This document shows, one piece after another, positions 45,686 through 56,269 of a stretch of DNA of 64,000 nucleotides. The DNA is from Chthoniobacteraceae bacterium. GTDB lineage: Bacteria; Verrucomicrobiota; Verrucomicrobiia; Chthoniobacterales; Chthoniobacteraceae. The notes under the pieces are model-generated. The model was not told where the DNA came from. It did not search any database and saw only the letters and a list, made by a program, of their open reading frames with translations. Each line of letters starts with the position of its first letter. Within the stretch, counting starts at the first letter, position 1. The stretch is from NCBI GenBank assembly GCA_040081625.1, contig JBEBGD010000015.1:10449-74448 (forward strand), written 5' to 3'. The translations under genes were made by a program, and so were the position numbers.

Positions 45686-48358
45686 ATGAACCCGCGCCTC
45701 ATCCTCTCGATCTTCGTCGCTTCCGCCGCCCTCGCCCAGGAGCCCGCCGAGCCCAAGCCCACGCCCGAGCAGCTCGCCTTCTTCGAGAAGAAGATCCGCC
45801 CCGTGCTCGCGGACAAATGCTACAAATGCCACGCGGAAAACTCCGAGAAAATCCGCGGCGGACTCGTGCTCGACACACGCGAAGGCATCCGTCGCGGCGG
45901 CGACAACGGCCCCGCCGTCGTCCCCGGCAACCTCACCGACTCGCTGCTCATCGACGCGATCCGTTACACGAACAAGGACACCGCGATGCCTCCCGAGAAA
46001 TCCGGCGGCAAGCTGCCCGACGCCGTCATCGCCGACTTCGAGGCCTGGGTGAAGATGAACGCGCCCGATCCGCGCGACGGCACCGCGAAGGTCGTGGCGA
46101 AATTCGACGCCGATGAGGCGAAGAAGTGGTGGTCGTATCAGCCGCCGGTAAAAGCCGACGCGCCGACGGTGAAGGACACCGCGTGGCCGCGCGGAGAAAT
46201 CGACCGCTTCATCCTCGCCGCGCTCGAGTCGAAGGACCTCAAGCCCGTCGCCGACGCCGACAAGACCACGCTGCTGCGTCGCGTTTACTTCGATCTCATC
46301 GGCCTGCCGCCGACGCTCAAGGAGATCGACGATTTCATCAAGGACACCTCCGCCGACGCCTTCACCAAGGTCGTGGACAAGCTGCTCGCGCAGCCGCAGT
46401 TCGGCGAACGCTGGGGCCGGCACTGGCTGGACGTCGCGCGCTTCGCGGAGTCCAGCGGCAAGGACGTGAACATCGCCTACCCGCACGCGTGGCGGTATCG
46501 CGACTACGTCATCGCGGCATTCAATGACGGCAAACCCTTCGATCAATTTCTGCGCGAGCAGATCGCCGGCGACCTCCTGCCGGCAAAGGACGATCGCGAG
46601 AAGGCGAACAACATCGTCGCCACGGGCTTCCTCGCCATCGGCGCCAAGTCGCACAACGAACAAAATCCGCGCCAGTTCTACCTCGACCTCGTCGATGAGC
46701 AGATCGACTCGATGTCCCAGGCCTTCCTCGGCATCACCGTCGCCTGCGCGCGCTGCCACGATCACAAGTTCGACCCGATCCCGCAGCGCGACTACTACGC
46801 GCTCGCCGGCATCTTTTTGAGCACCGACACGCGCTGGGGCACTGCCAACGGCATCCAGAATCGCCACGTCAACGACGCCATCGAACTGCCGCGCGGCGCG
46901 AATCCTCCGGTGATCGACCGCACGTTGACCTCCGCGGAGCGGGCGCAAAAAGAGAATGCCCTCGAGACAACGCGCGCCGAACTCGAGAAGGGCCGCCGCG
47001 AGCGATTTGCCCAAGGCCGTGGAGCGGGCGCCAATCTCGATCAGCGCGACCTGCAGCGATTGCTCTTTCAAACGACCGTTGCCGGCTTCCTCGAGGCGGA
47101 GCTGAAGTTTTTCGATGAAGACGGCACCGCGAAGCCGCTCGCGATGGCAACCAAGGATCTGCCGGCCACGCAGGCAGCGGGATTCGGGATGTTTGGAAAC
47201 CGGCGTCCCGCCATGGGCGGCGGCTTCCCCGGTCGATTCGGCGGCGTCCGTCCGCCGGAATTCGCGAGCATCGCCGACGCGCGCCTCTACGCCCGTGGCG
47301 ACGCGGACAAACCCACCGACCGCGTGCCGCGTGGCTTTCCCGCCGCACTCTCGCCCGGCCAGGGTCCGGACATCGCCAACGGCACCAGTGGCCGTCGCGA
47401 ACTGGCCGACTGGCTCGTCTCGAAATCGAACCCGCTCACCGCGCGCGTCTTCGTGAACCGCGCGTGGTATTGGCTCTTCGGCCGCGGCATCGTCGAGAGC
47501 TGCGACAACTTCGGCACGACCGGCGCAAAGCCCGCGAACCAGGCGCTCCTCGACACGCTCGCCGTGCGCTTCATGGACGCCGGCTGGAATGTGAAGGCGC
47601 TCGTCCGCGAGATCGTCCTCACCCGCGCCTACGCGCTCTCATCCAACTACGACCCGAAGAACTTCCAGGCCGACCCCGACAACACGCTCGTGTGGCGCGC
47701 GAGCAAGCGCCGCCTCGACGCGGAATCCATCCGCGACGCGATGCTCTTTGCGAGCGGCGGGCTCGATCTCACCCAGCCCACCGCGAGTTTCATCGCCGAA
47801 AACGGCGACGGCCCAATCGGAGGTCCGCGCCCGCCCGGCGGCAGAGGGCTCGGTGGCCAGCGCCCGCCCGGCACGTCCGGCGACGACATCCAGAACGTCG
47901 TCGGCACGCATCGCAGCGTCTATCTACCGATCGCGCGCGACGTCGTGCCCGACTCGCTCTCCGCGTTCGACTTCGTCGATTCCACGCTCGTCACCGGCAC
48001 GCGCGACGCGACCAACGTGCCCGTGCAAGCGCTCTACCTGCTCAACAGCGAGTTCGTCGCCGACCAGTCGAAGGCGCTCGCCGCGCGCGTGCTCAAGGCC
48101 TACCCCGGCGGTCCGAACGCCTCCGCGATGGCGAACCTCGACCAGCGCACCACCTACGCCTACTGGCTCGTCTTCAACCGCCAGCCCAACGCCGTCGAGA
48201 AGCAGGCCGCCGCGAATTTCTTCACGAAGTTCCCGAGCAACTACGCGAAGGGCGACACCTCCGCCGCGGGCCTCAAGAACCCCGGGCAGATCAACGCCGC
48301 GTGGACGAGCTTCTGCCGCGCGCTCTTTGCTGCGGCCGAGTTTCGCTACTTGAATTAG
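45686..48358 (+). CDS. Planctomycete cytochrome c / DUF1549 / DUF1553 (PSCyt1-PSCyt2-PSD1) protein
   Basis: FFEKKIRPVLADKCYKCH; FGERWGRHWLDVARFAES; CARCHDHKFDPI; NPLTARVFVNR; RRLDAESIRDAML. Confidence 0.92.
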   Translation: MNPRLILSIFVASAALAQEPAEPKPTPEQLAFFEKKIRPVLADKCYKCHAENSEKIRGGLVLDTREGIRRGGDNGPAVVPGNLTDSLLIDAIRYTNKDTAMPPEKSGGKLPDAVIADFEAWVKMNAPDPRDGTAKVVAKFDADEAKKWWSYQPPVKADAPTVKDTAWPRGEIDRFILAALESKDLKPVADADKTTLLRRVYFDLIGLPPTLKEIDDFIKDTSADAFTKVVDKLLAQPQFGERWGRHWLDVARFAESSGKDVNIAYPHAWRYRDYVIAAFNDGKPFDQFLREQIAGDLLPAKDDREKANNIVATGFLAIGAKSHNEQNPRQFYLDLVDEQIDSMSQAFLGITVACARCHDHKFDPIPQRDYYALAGIFLSTDTRWGTANGIQNRHVNDAIELPRGANPPVIDRTLTSAERAQKENALETTRAELEKGRRERFAQGRGAGANLDQRDLQRLLFQTTVAGFLEAELKFFDEDGTAKPLAMATKDLPATQAAGFGMFGNRRPAMGGGFPGRFGGVRPPEFASIADARLYARGDADKPTDRVPRGFPAALSPGQGPDIANGTSGRRELADWLVSKSNPLTARVFVNRAWYWLFGRGIVESCDNFGTTGAKPANQALLDTLAVRFMDAGWNVKALVREIVLTRAYALSSNYDPKNFQADPDNTLVWRASKRRLDAESIRDAMLFASGGLDLTQPTASFIAENGDGPIGGPRPPGGRGLGGQRPPGTSGDDIQNVVGTHRSVYLPIARDVVPDSLSAFDFVDSTLVTGTRDATNVPVQALYLLNSEFVADQSKALAARVLKAYPGGPNASAMANLDQRTTYAYWLVFNRQPNAVEKQAAANFFTKFPSNYAKGDTSAAGLKNPGQINAAWTSFCRALFAAAEFRYLN

Positions 48359-48403
48359 CGGGCGCGCTTGACGGACCCCGGTCGCGCGCCGTCCGATGCG
48401 GGC

Positions 48404-49081
48404 GTGACTCCCGTCATCGCCGTCATCGTCGTTCTCGCCTACCTGCTCGGCTCGATCCCGTTCGGGTTGATCGTGTCGAAGTCGCGCGGCATCGACATCC
48501 GCGAGCACGGCAGCAAGAACATCGGCGCGACGAACGTGTGGCGCGTGCTCGGCAAGACGTGGGGCCTCACGACCTTCGCCGCCGACGTGCTCAAGGGCGT
48601 CGCCGCCATCCTGCTCGCGAAATGGATCGCCGATCACTGGCAGTATCCGGTCCCCCTGCCACGCGGTCGCGTCGGGCACGCGAATCTTCCGCATGATTTC
48701 GCCGGCATCGCCGCCGCGCTCGGCTGCATCCTCGGCCACAGCTTCCCCGTCTGGCTGCGATTCAAGGGCGGCAAGGGCGTCGCGACTTCGCTCGGCGTGA
48801 TCGTCGGCATGATGCCGCTGGTCGCGCTCACCGACTTCGCGCTGTGGAGCGTCGTCTTCGCCGTGAGCCGCTACGTCTCGCTCGCGTCCATCGTCGCCGC
48901 CGCAGCGCTGCCGGTGCTCACCGTCGCGTTCATCTTCGCCGGCTGGGTGAAAGGCTGGGGCTACTTCTATTTCGCCGTCGCAGCCGGCCTGCTCGTGATC
49001 CGCCGCCACCGCGACAACATCAAGCGTCTCATGGCCGGCACCGAGAGTCGTTTCGAGCGGAAGAAGTCGGACGGCCAATGA
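48404..49081 (+). CDS. plsY: Glycerol-3-phosphate acyltransferase
   Basis: YLLGSIPFG, DIREHGSKNIGATN, GHSFPVWLRFKGGKGVAT and RHRDNIKRL motifs. Confidence 0.95.
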   Translation: MTPVIAVIVVLAYLLGSIPFGLIVSKSRGIDIREHGSKNIGATNVWRVLGKTWGLTTFAADVLKGVAAILLAKWIADHWQYPVPLPRGRVGHANLPHDFAGIAAALGCILGHSFPVWLRFKGGKGVATSLGVIVGMMPLVALTDFALWSVVFAVSRYVSLASIVAAAALPVLTVAFIFAGWVKGWGYFYFAVAAGLLVIRRHRDNIKRLMAGTESRFERKKSDGQ

Positions 49082-50220
49082 GCCCCGTCCAGCCGCTCGA
49101 CCTCAGCCAGCTCCGCGTCCTCCCGCTTGCGGAACGGCGCAGCCTCACACGCGCGGACGACATCCTCATCGCGCCGGATTCCGCGCCGCCACCGCTGCCG
49201 GAGAATCTCGCGAGCTTTGTGCACGATTGCGCGGCGAAGACGCGCGCGGCGCGCGATCGGGACGCGAGCGTCATGCTCATCTACGGCGCGCACCTTCTCC
49301 GCAATGGCGCCGCGCTGCTGCTCGACCGGCTGATGGAGCGCGGCTGGATCACGCACCTCGCGACGAATGGCGCGGGCACGATTCACGACTGGGAGTTTGC
49401 GTGGTTCGGCGCGAGCACTGAGAGCGTGGAGATGAACGTCGCGAGCGGCACGTTCGGCACGTGGCACGAGACGGCGACGAACATCCACCTCGCGCTGATG
49501 ACCGGCGCACTCGACGGACTCGGCTACGGGCGCGCGCTCGGGCGCTTCATCTGCGAGGACGGCGCCGATGTGCCCGAGGCGGACGAACTCGAGCGGATGA
49601 TCCGCGCCGAGCCTGCGCTCGCCGGACCGCCGTCGGAAGTGCTGCGCGCGATCCGCGACGGGCATGTTGTAGCCGCGTCGCTCTGCGACGCGCACGGCCC
49701 GGAGGGCCGTGGCTACAAGCGCGCGCGCGTCGAGCATCGGTGGAAGCACGCGTCCATCCTCGCATCCGCGTGGCGGCGCGGCGTGCCGGTCACGGTGCAT
49801 CCCGGCATTGGCTACGACATCATTTCCAATCACCCGATCTTCAACGGCGCGGTGATCGGCCGCGCGGCGGAGTGGGACTTCAAGCTCTTCGCCGGCTCGG
49901 TCGCGCAGCTCGATGGCGGCGTCGTGATGTCGGTCGGCTCAGCGATCATGGGGCCGCAGGTGTTCGAGAAGTCGCTGAGCTGCGTGAACAATCTGCGCCT
50001 CCAGGGCGGCGGAGGAGTGGTCGCAGGGCACACGGTTTACGTCGTCGATCTGCAGGACGGCGGCGGGTGGGATTGGACGCGCGGCGAGCCGCCGAAGACC
50101 AACGCGGCCTACTACCTGCGCTTCTGCAAGAGCTTCTCCCGGATGGGCGCCCCGATGCACTACGTCCAGTGCGACAACGCCGCATTCATCCATCACCTCT
50201 GCCGCGAGCTCTGCGCATGA
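49078..50220 (+). CDS. Conserved hypothetical protein (deoxyhypusine-synthase-like Rossmann fold suspected)
   Basis: YGAHLLRNG, HLATNGAGTIHDWE, PVTVHPGIGYDI and GSAIMGPQVFEK motifs; ATGA overlaps at both ends. Confidence 0.7.
   Translation: MSPVQPLDLSQLRVLPLAERRSLTRADDILIAPDSAPPPLPENLASFVHDCAAKTRAARDRDASVMLIYGAHLLRNGAALLLDRLMERGWITHLATNGAGTIHDWEFAWFGASTESVEMNVASGTFGTWHETATNIHLALMTGALDGLGYGRALGRFICEDGADVPEADELERMIRAEPALAGPPSEVLRAIRDGHVVAASLCDAHGPEGRGYKRARVEHRWKHASILASAWRRGVPVTVHPGIGYDIISNHPIFNGAVIGRAAEWDFKLFAGSVAQLDGGVVMSVGSAIMGPQVFEKSLSCVNNLRLQGGGGVVAGHTVYVVDLQDGGGWDWTRGEPPKTNAAYYLRFCKSFSRMGAPMHYVQCDNAAFIHHLCRELCA
49667..49718. repeat. GTAG-type REP doublet inserted in frame in a CDS
   Basis: TTGTAGCC...GGCTACAA termini enclosing two perfect 8-bp hairpins with 3-nt loops. 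Confidence 0.8.
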
Positions 50221-51227
50221 ATCCGGAGCGATTCGACAGGATCACCGAAGCATACGCGGGGCTCCGCATCGCGGTTGTGGGCGACTACTGCCTCGACCGC
50301 TATCTCGAGATCGACCCGGCGCGACCGGAGACTTCGATCGAGACGGGCCTCGCCGTTCACAACGTCGTGAATGTCCGCGCGCAACCCGGCGCCGCGGGAA
50401 CCGTCCTGAACAACCTCGTCGCGCTCGGCGTCGGCACGATCTTCGCGGTCGGCTTTTGCGGTGAAGATGGCGAGGGCTTCGAGTTGCGGCGCGCGCTCGG
50501 CTCACTCGCGGGCGTGAATCTCGATCACTTTCTCACCACACCACTCCGGCGCACGTTCACCTATTGCAAGCCGCTCGTGCTCGAGCACGGCGCGCCGCCG
50601 CGCGAACTCAACCGGCTCGATTCCAAGAACTGGACACCGACGCCGCGAGCGGTCGCACAACGCATCGTCGAGTCGCTCGTCGCGCTCCGGTCGCAGGTCG
50701 ATGCGGTCATCGTCATGGATCAAGTGGATGCCGCCGGAACGGGCGTGATCACGCCGGAAGTGCTGCCGGTGCTCGGCGCATTCCCGCGCGTCATCGCCGA
50801 CTCCCGGCGCGGGCTGCGCGACTATCCGCCGGTGATTTTCAAGATGAACGCCGCCGAGTTGCGCGCGCTCACCGGACGCGAGGCCGATGAATCCGGCGCC
50901 GCGCGGGAACTCGCTGGGCGGAACGGGCGCCCGGTCTTCGTCACGATGGCCGAGCGCGGCATCGTGGGCGCGGAGCCGGGCGGGACGGTCGAGCACGTTC
51001 CGGCGCTGCCCTTGCGCGGGCCGATCGATGTCGTCGGCGCGGGCGATTCTGTGACGGCAAATCTCGCCGCCGCGCTCGCCGCGGGCGCCACGACGCGAGA
51101 GGCGATCGAGATGGCGATCACGGCTTCTTCGCTGGTGATTCATCAGCTCGGCACCACGGGCACCGCGAGCGTCGAGCTGTTGCGCGCGCTTGCGGTCGGG
51201 AATGCAGCGGCGTTGAGTGCGCGGTGA
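50217..51227 (+). CDS. PfkB-family sugar kinase (HldE/RfaE kinase-like)
   Basis: VVGDYCLDRYL, PGAAGTVLNNL, KMNAAE and DVVGAGDSV motifs. Confidence 0.88.
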   Translation: MNPERFDRITEAYAGLRIAVVGDYCLDRYLEIDPARPETSIETGLAVHNVVNVRAQPGAAGTVLNNLVALGVGTIFAVGFCGEDGEGFELRRALGSLAGVNLDHFLTTPLRRTFTYCKPLVLEHGAPPRELNRLDSKNWTPTPRAVAQRIVESLVALRSQVDAVIVMDQVDAAGTGVITPEVLPVLGAFPRVIADSRRGLRDYPPVIFKMNAAELRALTGREADESGAARELAGRNGRPVFVTMAERGIVGAEPGGTVEHVPALPLRGPIDVVGAGDSVTANLAAALAAGATTREAIEMAITASSLVIHQLGTTGTASVELLRALAVGNAAALSAR

Positions 51228-51832
51228 TGTTTCGATTTTTCCGCACGCTTTTGCTCGTGCTCGTGTGCTCCGCGGGGCTTGCCGCGGCCTTGCTCATCGG
51301 GCTGTCGTCCGAGCCGTTCTATTCCGCGCAGGAGTTGATCTCGTTCGGCCGTTACTCGAGTTGCGACGAGTTGATCGACGAGGCCGCGAAGAAGACCGGC
51401 GTCGATCCGGCGCTGCTCAAGGCCGTGGTGTGGCGAGAGAGCGCGTTTCATCCGGACAAGGTCGGCACGTCGGGCGAGCGCGGCTTGATGCAGGTGGGCG
51501 AAGCGGCGGCGACCGACTGGTCACGCGCGAAAAAGATCGAGACGTTCGTCCCGACCGATCTTTTCGAGCCGCGAACGAACCTCGAGGCGGGCACCTGGTA
51601 TCTGAAACGTGCGCTCGATAAGTGGAAGGCGAAGGATGATCCCGTTCCTTTCGCGCTGGCCGAATACAACGCGGGCGCCGGCAGGCTCGATCGCTGGATC
51701 GCCGCGAGCGGTGTCGGCGCGAAGGCCGATTCGCGTGACCTGCTCAACGCGATGGATTTTCCCGGCACACGCCGATACGTGGAGGAGATTTCGGCGCGGG
51801 CGAAATTTTACCGCAACCGCGGCGGACGCTGA
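51227..51832 (+). CDS. Lytic transglycosylase (SLT domain)
   Basis: AVVWRESAF, GERGLMQV, NLEAGTWYL and ALAEYNAG motifs. Confidence 0.9.
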   Translation: MFRFFRTLLLVLVCSAGLAAALLIGLSSEPFYSAQELISFGRYSSCDELIDEAAKKTGVDPALLKAVVWRESAFHPDKVGTSGERGLMQVGEAAATDWSRAKKIETFVPTDLFEPRTNLEAGTWYLKRALDKWKAKDDPVPFALAEYNAGAGRLDRWIAASGVGAKADSRDLLNAMDFPGTRRYVEEISARAKFYRNRGGR

Positions 51833-51837
51833 TCCAG

Positions 51838-52587
51838 TCAGGGTGCGGCGCCGTCGATGATCGCGTCGATCGCCGTGCGCCACTCGCGCAGCGGGATGTA
51901 GTAGCTGCGGGTCGGCTGGTGTCCGGGTGCGGCGGGATCGCGGTCGAAAAATGTGTCGTTCTGGTCGTCCACGTCGATGCCGATGGCGGCGAGTTTCCAC
52001 ACACCACTGAACCGGATGAACAGCCCGCACCCGGAGTCGGCATTCGCGAGCGACGTCTCGCGGGCGTCGCGATCGAAGACCGTCGCGACGCGCAGTCCGT
52101 CGGGGCGCTCGACGAGCTTGGGCAGCGTGGTATTCAGCCCCCAGCGTTTGGTGCGGATGTCGCCCCATCGCCATCCCCGCTCCGCGAGCGACGCACCCGC
52201 GCCAAGGCCCCAACCGATGACGGTGCAGCGCCGCGAAAGGACGTTTTCACGCGGCCCGATGAGTGGCAGTCGCGGGAGCCCGGGATCGCCGGCGATGCGG
52301 ATGAGCTTGAGATCCTCGCCGCCGATGCGCTTTGGCTTGAATCGCGTGTCGCGTTTCCAGTGCCTGCCGTTCAAGCGCCCGGCATCGATGTGCGCGACGT
52401 GGTTCGCGGTGAGGATGAACCGCTTGCCGAGATACACGCCCGAGCCGTCGGGCAGGCCGACTTGCGCGGCGTGACGCCACGGCGCGCCGTTCGGCGGTGT
52501 TTGCTGATGCTCGGCTGGATCGCCGTCGTTCAGCACGATCGCCGAGGCGCGTGCGGCAACGATGAGCAGCAGCCAGCGCGGGCTCAG
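51838..52587 (-). CDS. Secreted trypsin-like serine protease; start uncertain (putative CTG)
   Basis: [27 protein letters not shown] and ADSGCGLF motifs; signal-like [12 protein letters not shown]. Confidence 0.7.
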   Translation of the reverse strand: MSPRWLLLIVAARASAIVLNDGDPAEHQQTPPNGAPWRHAAQVGLPDGSGVYLGKRFILTANHVAHIDAGRLNGRHWKRDTRFKPKRIGGEDLKLIRIAGDPGLPRLPLIGPRENVLSRRCTVIGWGLGAGASLAERGWRWGDIRTKRWGLNTTLPKLVERPDGLRVATVFDRDARETSLANADSGCGLFIRFSGVWKLAAIGIDVDDQNDTFFDRDPAAPGHQPTRSYYIPLREWRTAIDAIIDGAAP

Positions 52588-54425
52588 AGCCCTTCGCCGG
52601 CCTTGAGCGTTTTGCGGCCCTCGTAGATCACGTCCTTGTAGGTCGCGCCGGCGGGGATCATCGGCAGCACGTGCTCGGTGTAAGGCACCATCACTTCGAG
52701 CAGGCACGCCGTCTTCTGCGCGAGGAACCACTCCATCGCGGCCTTGAGGTCGCGCTTGTGCTCGACGCGGCGCGACGGCACGCCGAAGCCCTCGCAGATT
52801 TTCATGAAGTCCGGATAGATCGTCTTCGTGTCGGCGACGACGCGGGCTTCGTCCTCGAACAAGCCGAGGAAAGTGTGGCCGCGGTTCGAGGCGAAGAAGC
52901 GATCCTCCCACTGCACGACCATGCCGAGGTGGAGATTGTTCAAGACGAGCGCCTTCGCGGCGATGCCCTCGACGCGCGCCATCGCGAGCTCCTGGATATT
53001 CATCACGAAGGAGCCGTCACCGTCGATGTCGATGACTTCCTTGTCGGGGCACGCGACCTTCGCGCCGAGCGCGGCGGGATAGCCGAAGCCCATCGAGCCG
53101 AGCCCGAGCGAGGAGATGAACTGCCGCGGGCGATCCACCGGATAATACTGCGCGGCCCACATCTGGTGCTGCCCGACGCCGGTGGTGATGATCGCGTCGC
53201 CGGCGGTCATCTCGTGCAGCAGCTCGATCGCATACTGCGGCTGGATGGCGTCCTCGGTGTCCTGGTAGCAAAACGGGAACTGCTCCTTCCACGCGGCGAT
53301 CTGCGCGCGCCACTCGGGGTAAAGCGTGAAGGTCTTCGCGTGGCGCTCGTAACCGGCGCTCGCGAGCATCTCGTTCAGCCGCGCGAGCGCATACTTCACG
53401 TCGCTCTGGATCGGCAGGCGCACGACCTTGTTCTTGTTGATCTCGGCGTTGTCGATGTCGATGTGGACGATCGTGCCGTGCTCACAGAAAGTGGCGAATT
53501 TGCCCGTAACACGGTCATCGAATCGCGCACCGACGGCGATGAGCAGATCGGCTTCGTTAACCGCGTTGTTGGAATACACGGTGCCGTGCATGCCGAGCCA
53601 GCGGAGTGAAAGCGGATGGCTTTGCGGAAAAGCGCCGAGGCCCATGAGCGTGCCTGCGGTGGGAATCTGCGTGCGCTCGGCGAACTCGAGCAGTTCCTCG
53701 TGCGCGTGGCCGCTGATGATGCCGCCGCCGAAATAAATCATCGGCTTCTTCGCCTGCCGGATGAGGCCCACGAGTTCGTTCAGCTCGTCGTCGCCGCACT
53801 GCACCACCGGATTGTAACCGCGCAAATTCACCTCGTTCAGCCAGACCGGCTGCGTCTTGCCCATCTGGATGTTCTTCGGGATGTCGATGAGCACCGGGCC
53901 CGGCCGGCCGGTCTGCGCGATGTGAAAGGCCTCCTTCACGATGCGCGCGAGGTCGTTGATGTCCGTGACCAGATAGTTGTGCTTCACGATCTGCGCGGTG
54001 ACGGAAAACACATCGGTCTCCTGGAACGCGCCCTTGCCGATCATCGCCTGCGGCACCTGCCCGGTGATCGCCACGAGCGGCGTCGAGTCGAGATACGCGT
54101 CGGCGATGCCGGTCACGAGATTCGTCGCGCCCGGTCCGCTCGTCGCCATGCAGACGCCGGCCTTGCCGGTCGCGCGCGCATAACCTTCCGCCGCGAAGAC
54201 GCCGCCCTGCTCATGCCGAGGCAGGTAGGTGCGGATCTTTTTCGAGCGGGTAAGCGCCTGGTGCATCGCCATGCTGGCGCCGCCGGGATAGGCGAAAATC
54301 GTGTCCACGCCTTCGCGCTCGAGCGCCTCGACGAGGATGTCCGCCCCGGTCATGACGGGTCCGACTTCGCCGCGCGTCTGGGGCGCGGTTGCGGTGGCGG
54401 GCGAGGGCGTGGTGGTAGTGCTCAT
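52584..54425 (-). CDS. ilvB: Acetolactate synthase large subunit
   Basis: [52 protein letters not shown] and LGMVVQWED motifs. Confidence 0.96.
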   Translation of the reverse strand: MSTTTTPSPATATAPQTRGEVGPVMTGADILVEALEREGVDTIFAYPGGASMAMHQALTRSKKIRTYLPRHEQGGVFAAEGYARATGKAGVCMATSGPGATNLVTGIADAYLDSTPLVAITGQVPQAMIGKGAFQETDVFSVTAQIVKHNYLVTDINDLARIVKEAFHIAQTGRPGPVLIDIPKNIQMGKTQPVWLNEVNLRGYNPVVQCGDDELNELVGLIRQAKKPMIYFGGGIISGHAHEELLEFAERTQIPTAGTLMGLGAFPQSHPLSLRWLGMHGTVYSNNAVNEADLLIAVGARFDDRVTGKFATFCEHGTIVHIDIDNAEINKNKVVRLPIQSDVKYALARLNEMLASAGYERHAKTFTLYPEWRAQIAAWKEQFPFCYQDTEDAIQPQYAIELLHEMTAGDAIITTGVGQHQMWAAQYYPVDRPRQFISSLGLGSMGFGYPAALGAKVACPDKEVIDIDGDGSFVMNIQELAMARVEGIAAKALVLNNLHLGMVVQWEDRFFASNRGHTFLGLFEDEARVVADTKTIYPDFMKICEGFGVPSRRVEHKRDLKAAMEWFLAQKTACLLEVMVPYTEHVLPMIPAGATYKDVIYEGRKTLKAGEGL

Positions 54426-54527
54426 GGTCTGAAAAAGGGCGCCGATACTAGGGGCGAAGCGGCTTCCGGGCAAGGCCGGGTTTCGCCGGCTTGCGCTCGC
54501 CGGACGCCCGCCGAAGATGCGCGCACC

Positions 54528-56267
54528 ATGCCGCAACTGACCCGGGACCAGATCGTCGCCATCCTCGAAGAGATCGGACAGCTTCTCGAGCTGAAGGGAG
54601 AAGTCGTCTTCAAAGTGCGCGCTTACCAGAACGCGGCGCGCGCGCTGGAGTCGTTTCGTGGCGACCTCGCGCTGCTCGCGGCGGAGGGGCGGCTCGGCGA
54701 GATCGACGGCGTCGGCAAGGCGATCGCGGAGAAGATCACGGCGCTCGTCGAGACGGGCACGCTTCCGTATTGGACCGAGCTGAAGGCGGAGTTTCCGCCG
54801 GGGATCTTCGAGATGTTCGAGCTGCAAGGCATCGGGCCGAAGAAGATCAAGGCGCTGTGGGATCAGCTCGACGTGACGACGATCGAAGCGCTCGAAGCCG
54901 CTTGCAAAGACGGGCGTGTCGCGGGGCTCGCGGGCTTTGGGAAAAAGACGGCGGAGAACATTCTCGTGTCGATCGACGCGCGGCGGAAACACGCGGGGCG
55001 TTTCAAGCTCGGCGACATCGCCCACGACGCGGAGCGGATGCTCGAAGATCTGCGCGCGCTGCCCGAGGTGAATCGCGTGAGCGTGTGCGGCAGCTACCGG
55101 CGGCGGCGCGAGACGGTGGGCGACATCGATTTTCTCGTCTCGACGAAGTCGCCCGAGGTCGTGTCGGAGTTTTTCGTGAAACACGAGATGGTCGAGAGCG
55201 TGCTCGCGCATGGCGCGACGAAGTCGAGCGTGCGGCTCGAGTGCGGCATCCAGGCCGACCTGCGCGTGGTGAAGGAGGCGGAGTATCCGTTCGCGCTGAA
55301 TTACTTCACCGGCTCGAAGGCGCACAACATCGTCATGCGCCAGCGCGCGCTCGCCCGCGGCTGGACGCTGAACGAATACCGGCTCGGGCCGCTCGAAGGA
55401 TCGAAGGCCGAACCGCCGCCGATCCGCGAGGAGCGCGAACTCTACCGCGCGCTCGATCTCGATTACGTCGAGCCGGAGCTGCGCGAGGATCGCGGTGAAT
55501 TCGCCGCCGCGGAGGAGCACACGCTGCCGGATCTCATCGAGCTCGAAAACCTGCGCGGCACTTTCCACAACCACACCACGGCGAGTGATGGCCGCAGCAC
55601 GCTGCGCGAGATGGCGGAGGCGGCACAGGATCTCGGGCTGCAATATCTCGGTATCGCCGACCACTCGAAGTCTTCATTCCAGGCGCACGGGCTCGACGAG
55701 ACGCGGCTCCTCGCGCAGGTCGCGGAGATCCGCGCGATGAACGAAGAGTGGAAGGGCGACTTCAAGCTCTTCGCGGGCAGCGAAGTCGATATCCACAAGG
55801 ACGGCTCGCTCGACTTCGCGGCCGAAATCCTCGCGCAGCTCGACTACACGGTCGTGAGCGTCCACGCGGTTTTCAACCTCAGCGAAGCCGAGATGACCAA
55901 GCGCATCATCAAGGCGATCTCGAATCCGCACGTGACGATGCTCGGCCATCTCACGGGCCGCCTGCTGCTCCAGCGCGATGGCTACGCCGTCGATGTGCCC
56001 GCGATCATCGACGCGGCGGCGGCGACGGGGACGATCATCGAGCTGAACTGCTCGACGTGGCGGCTCGACATGGACTGGCGCTGGTGGCCGCTCGCGAAGG
56101 AGAAGGGCGTGAAGTGCTCGATCAATCCCGACGCGCACCACACGTCGCAGCTCAATCAACTGTGGTTCGGCATCGGCGCGGCGCGCAAAGGCTGGCTGAC
56201 GAAAGCCGACGTGGTGAACACGCTGCCGCTCGGAAAGATCGAGAAGGCGCTCTCGAAGAAAAAATAG
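54528..56267 (+). CDS. polX: DNA polymerase X with PHP 3'-5' exonuclease domain
   Basis: [38 protein letters not shown] motifs HNHT, ADHS, GHLTGR, NPDAH. Confidence 0.95.
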   Translation: MPQLTRDQIVAILEEIGQLLELKGEVVFKVRAYQNAARALESFRGDLALLAAEGRLGEIDGVGKAIAEKITALVETGTLPYWTELKAEFPPGIFEMFELQGIGPKKIKALWDQLDVTTIEALEAACKDGRVAGLAGFGKKTAENILVSIDARRKHAGRFKLGDIAHDAERMLEDLRALPEVNRVSVCGSYRRRRETVGDIDFLVSTKSPEVVSEFFVKHEMVESVLAHGATKSSVRLECGIQADLRVVKEAEYPFALNYFTGSKAHNIVMRQRALARGWTLNEYRLGPLEGSKAEPPPIREERELYRALDLDYVEPELREDRGEFAAAEEHTLPDLIELENLRGTFHNHTTASDGRSTLREMAEAAQDLGLQYLGIADHSKSSFQAHGLDETRLLAQVAEIRAMNEEWKGDFKLFAGSEVDIHKDGSLDFAAEILAQLDYTVVSVHAVFNLSEAEMTKRIIKAISNPHVTMLGHLTGRLLLQRDGYAVDVPAIIDAAAATGTIIELNCSTWRLDMDWRWWPLAKEKGVKCSINPDAHHTSQLNQLWFGIGAARKGWLTKADVVNTLPLGKIEKALSKKK

Positions 56268-56269
56268 GG

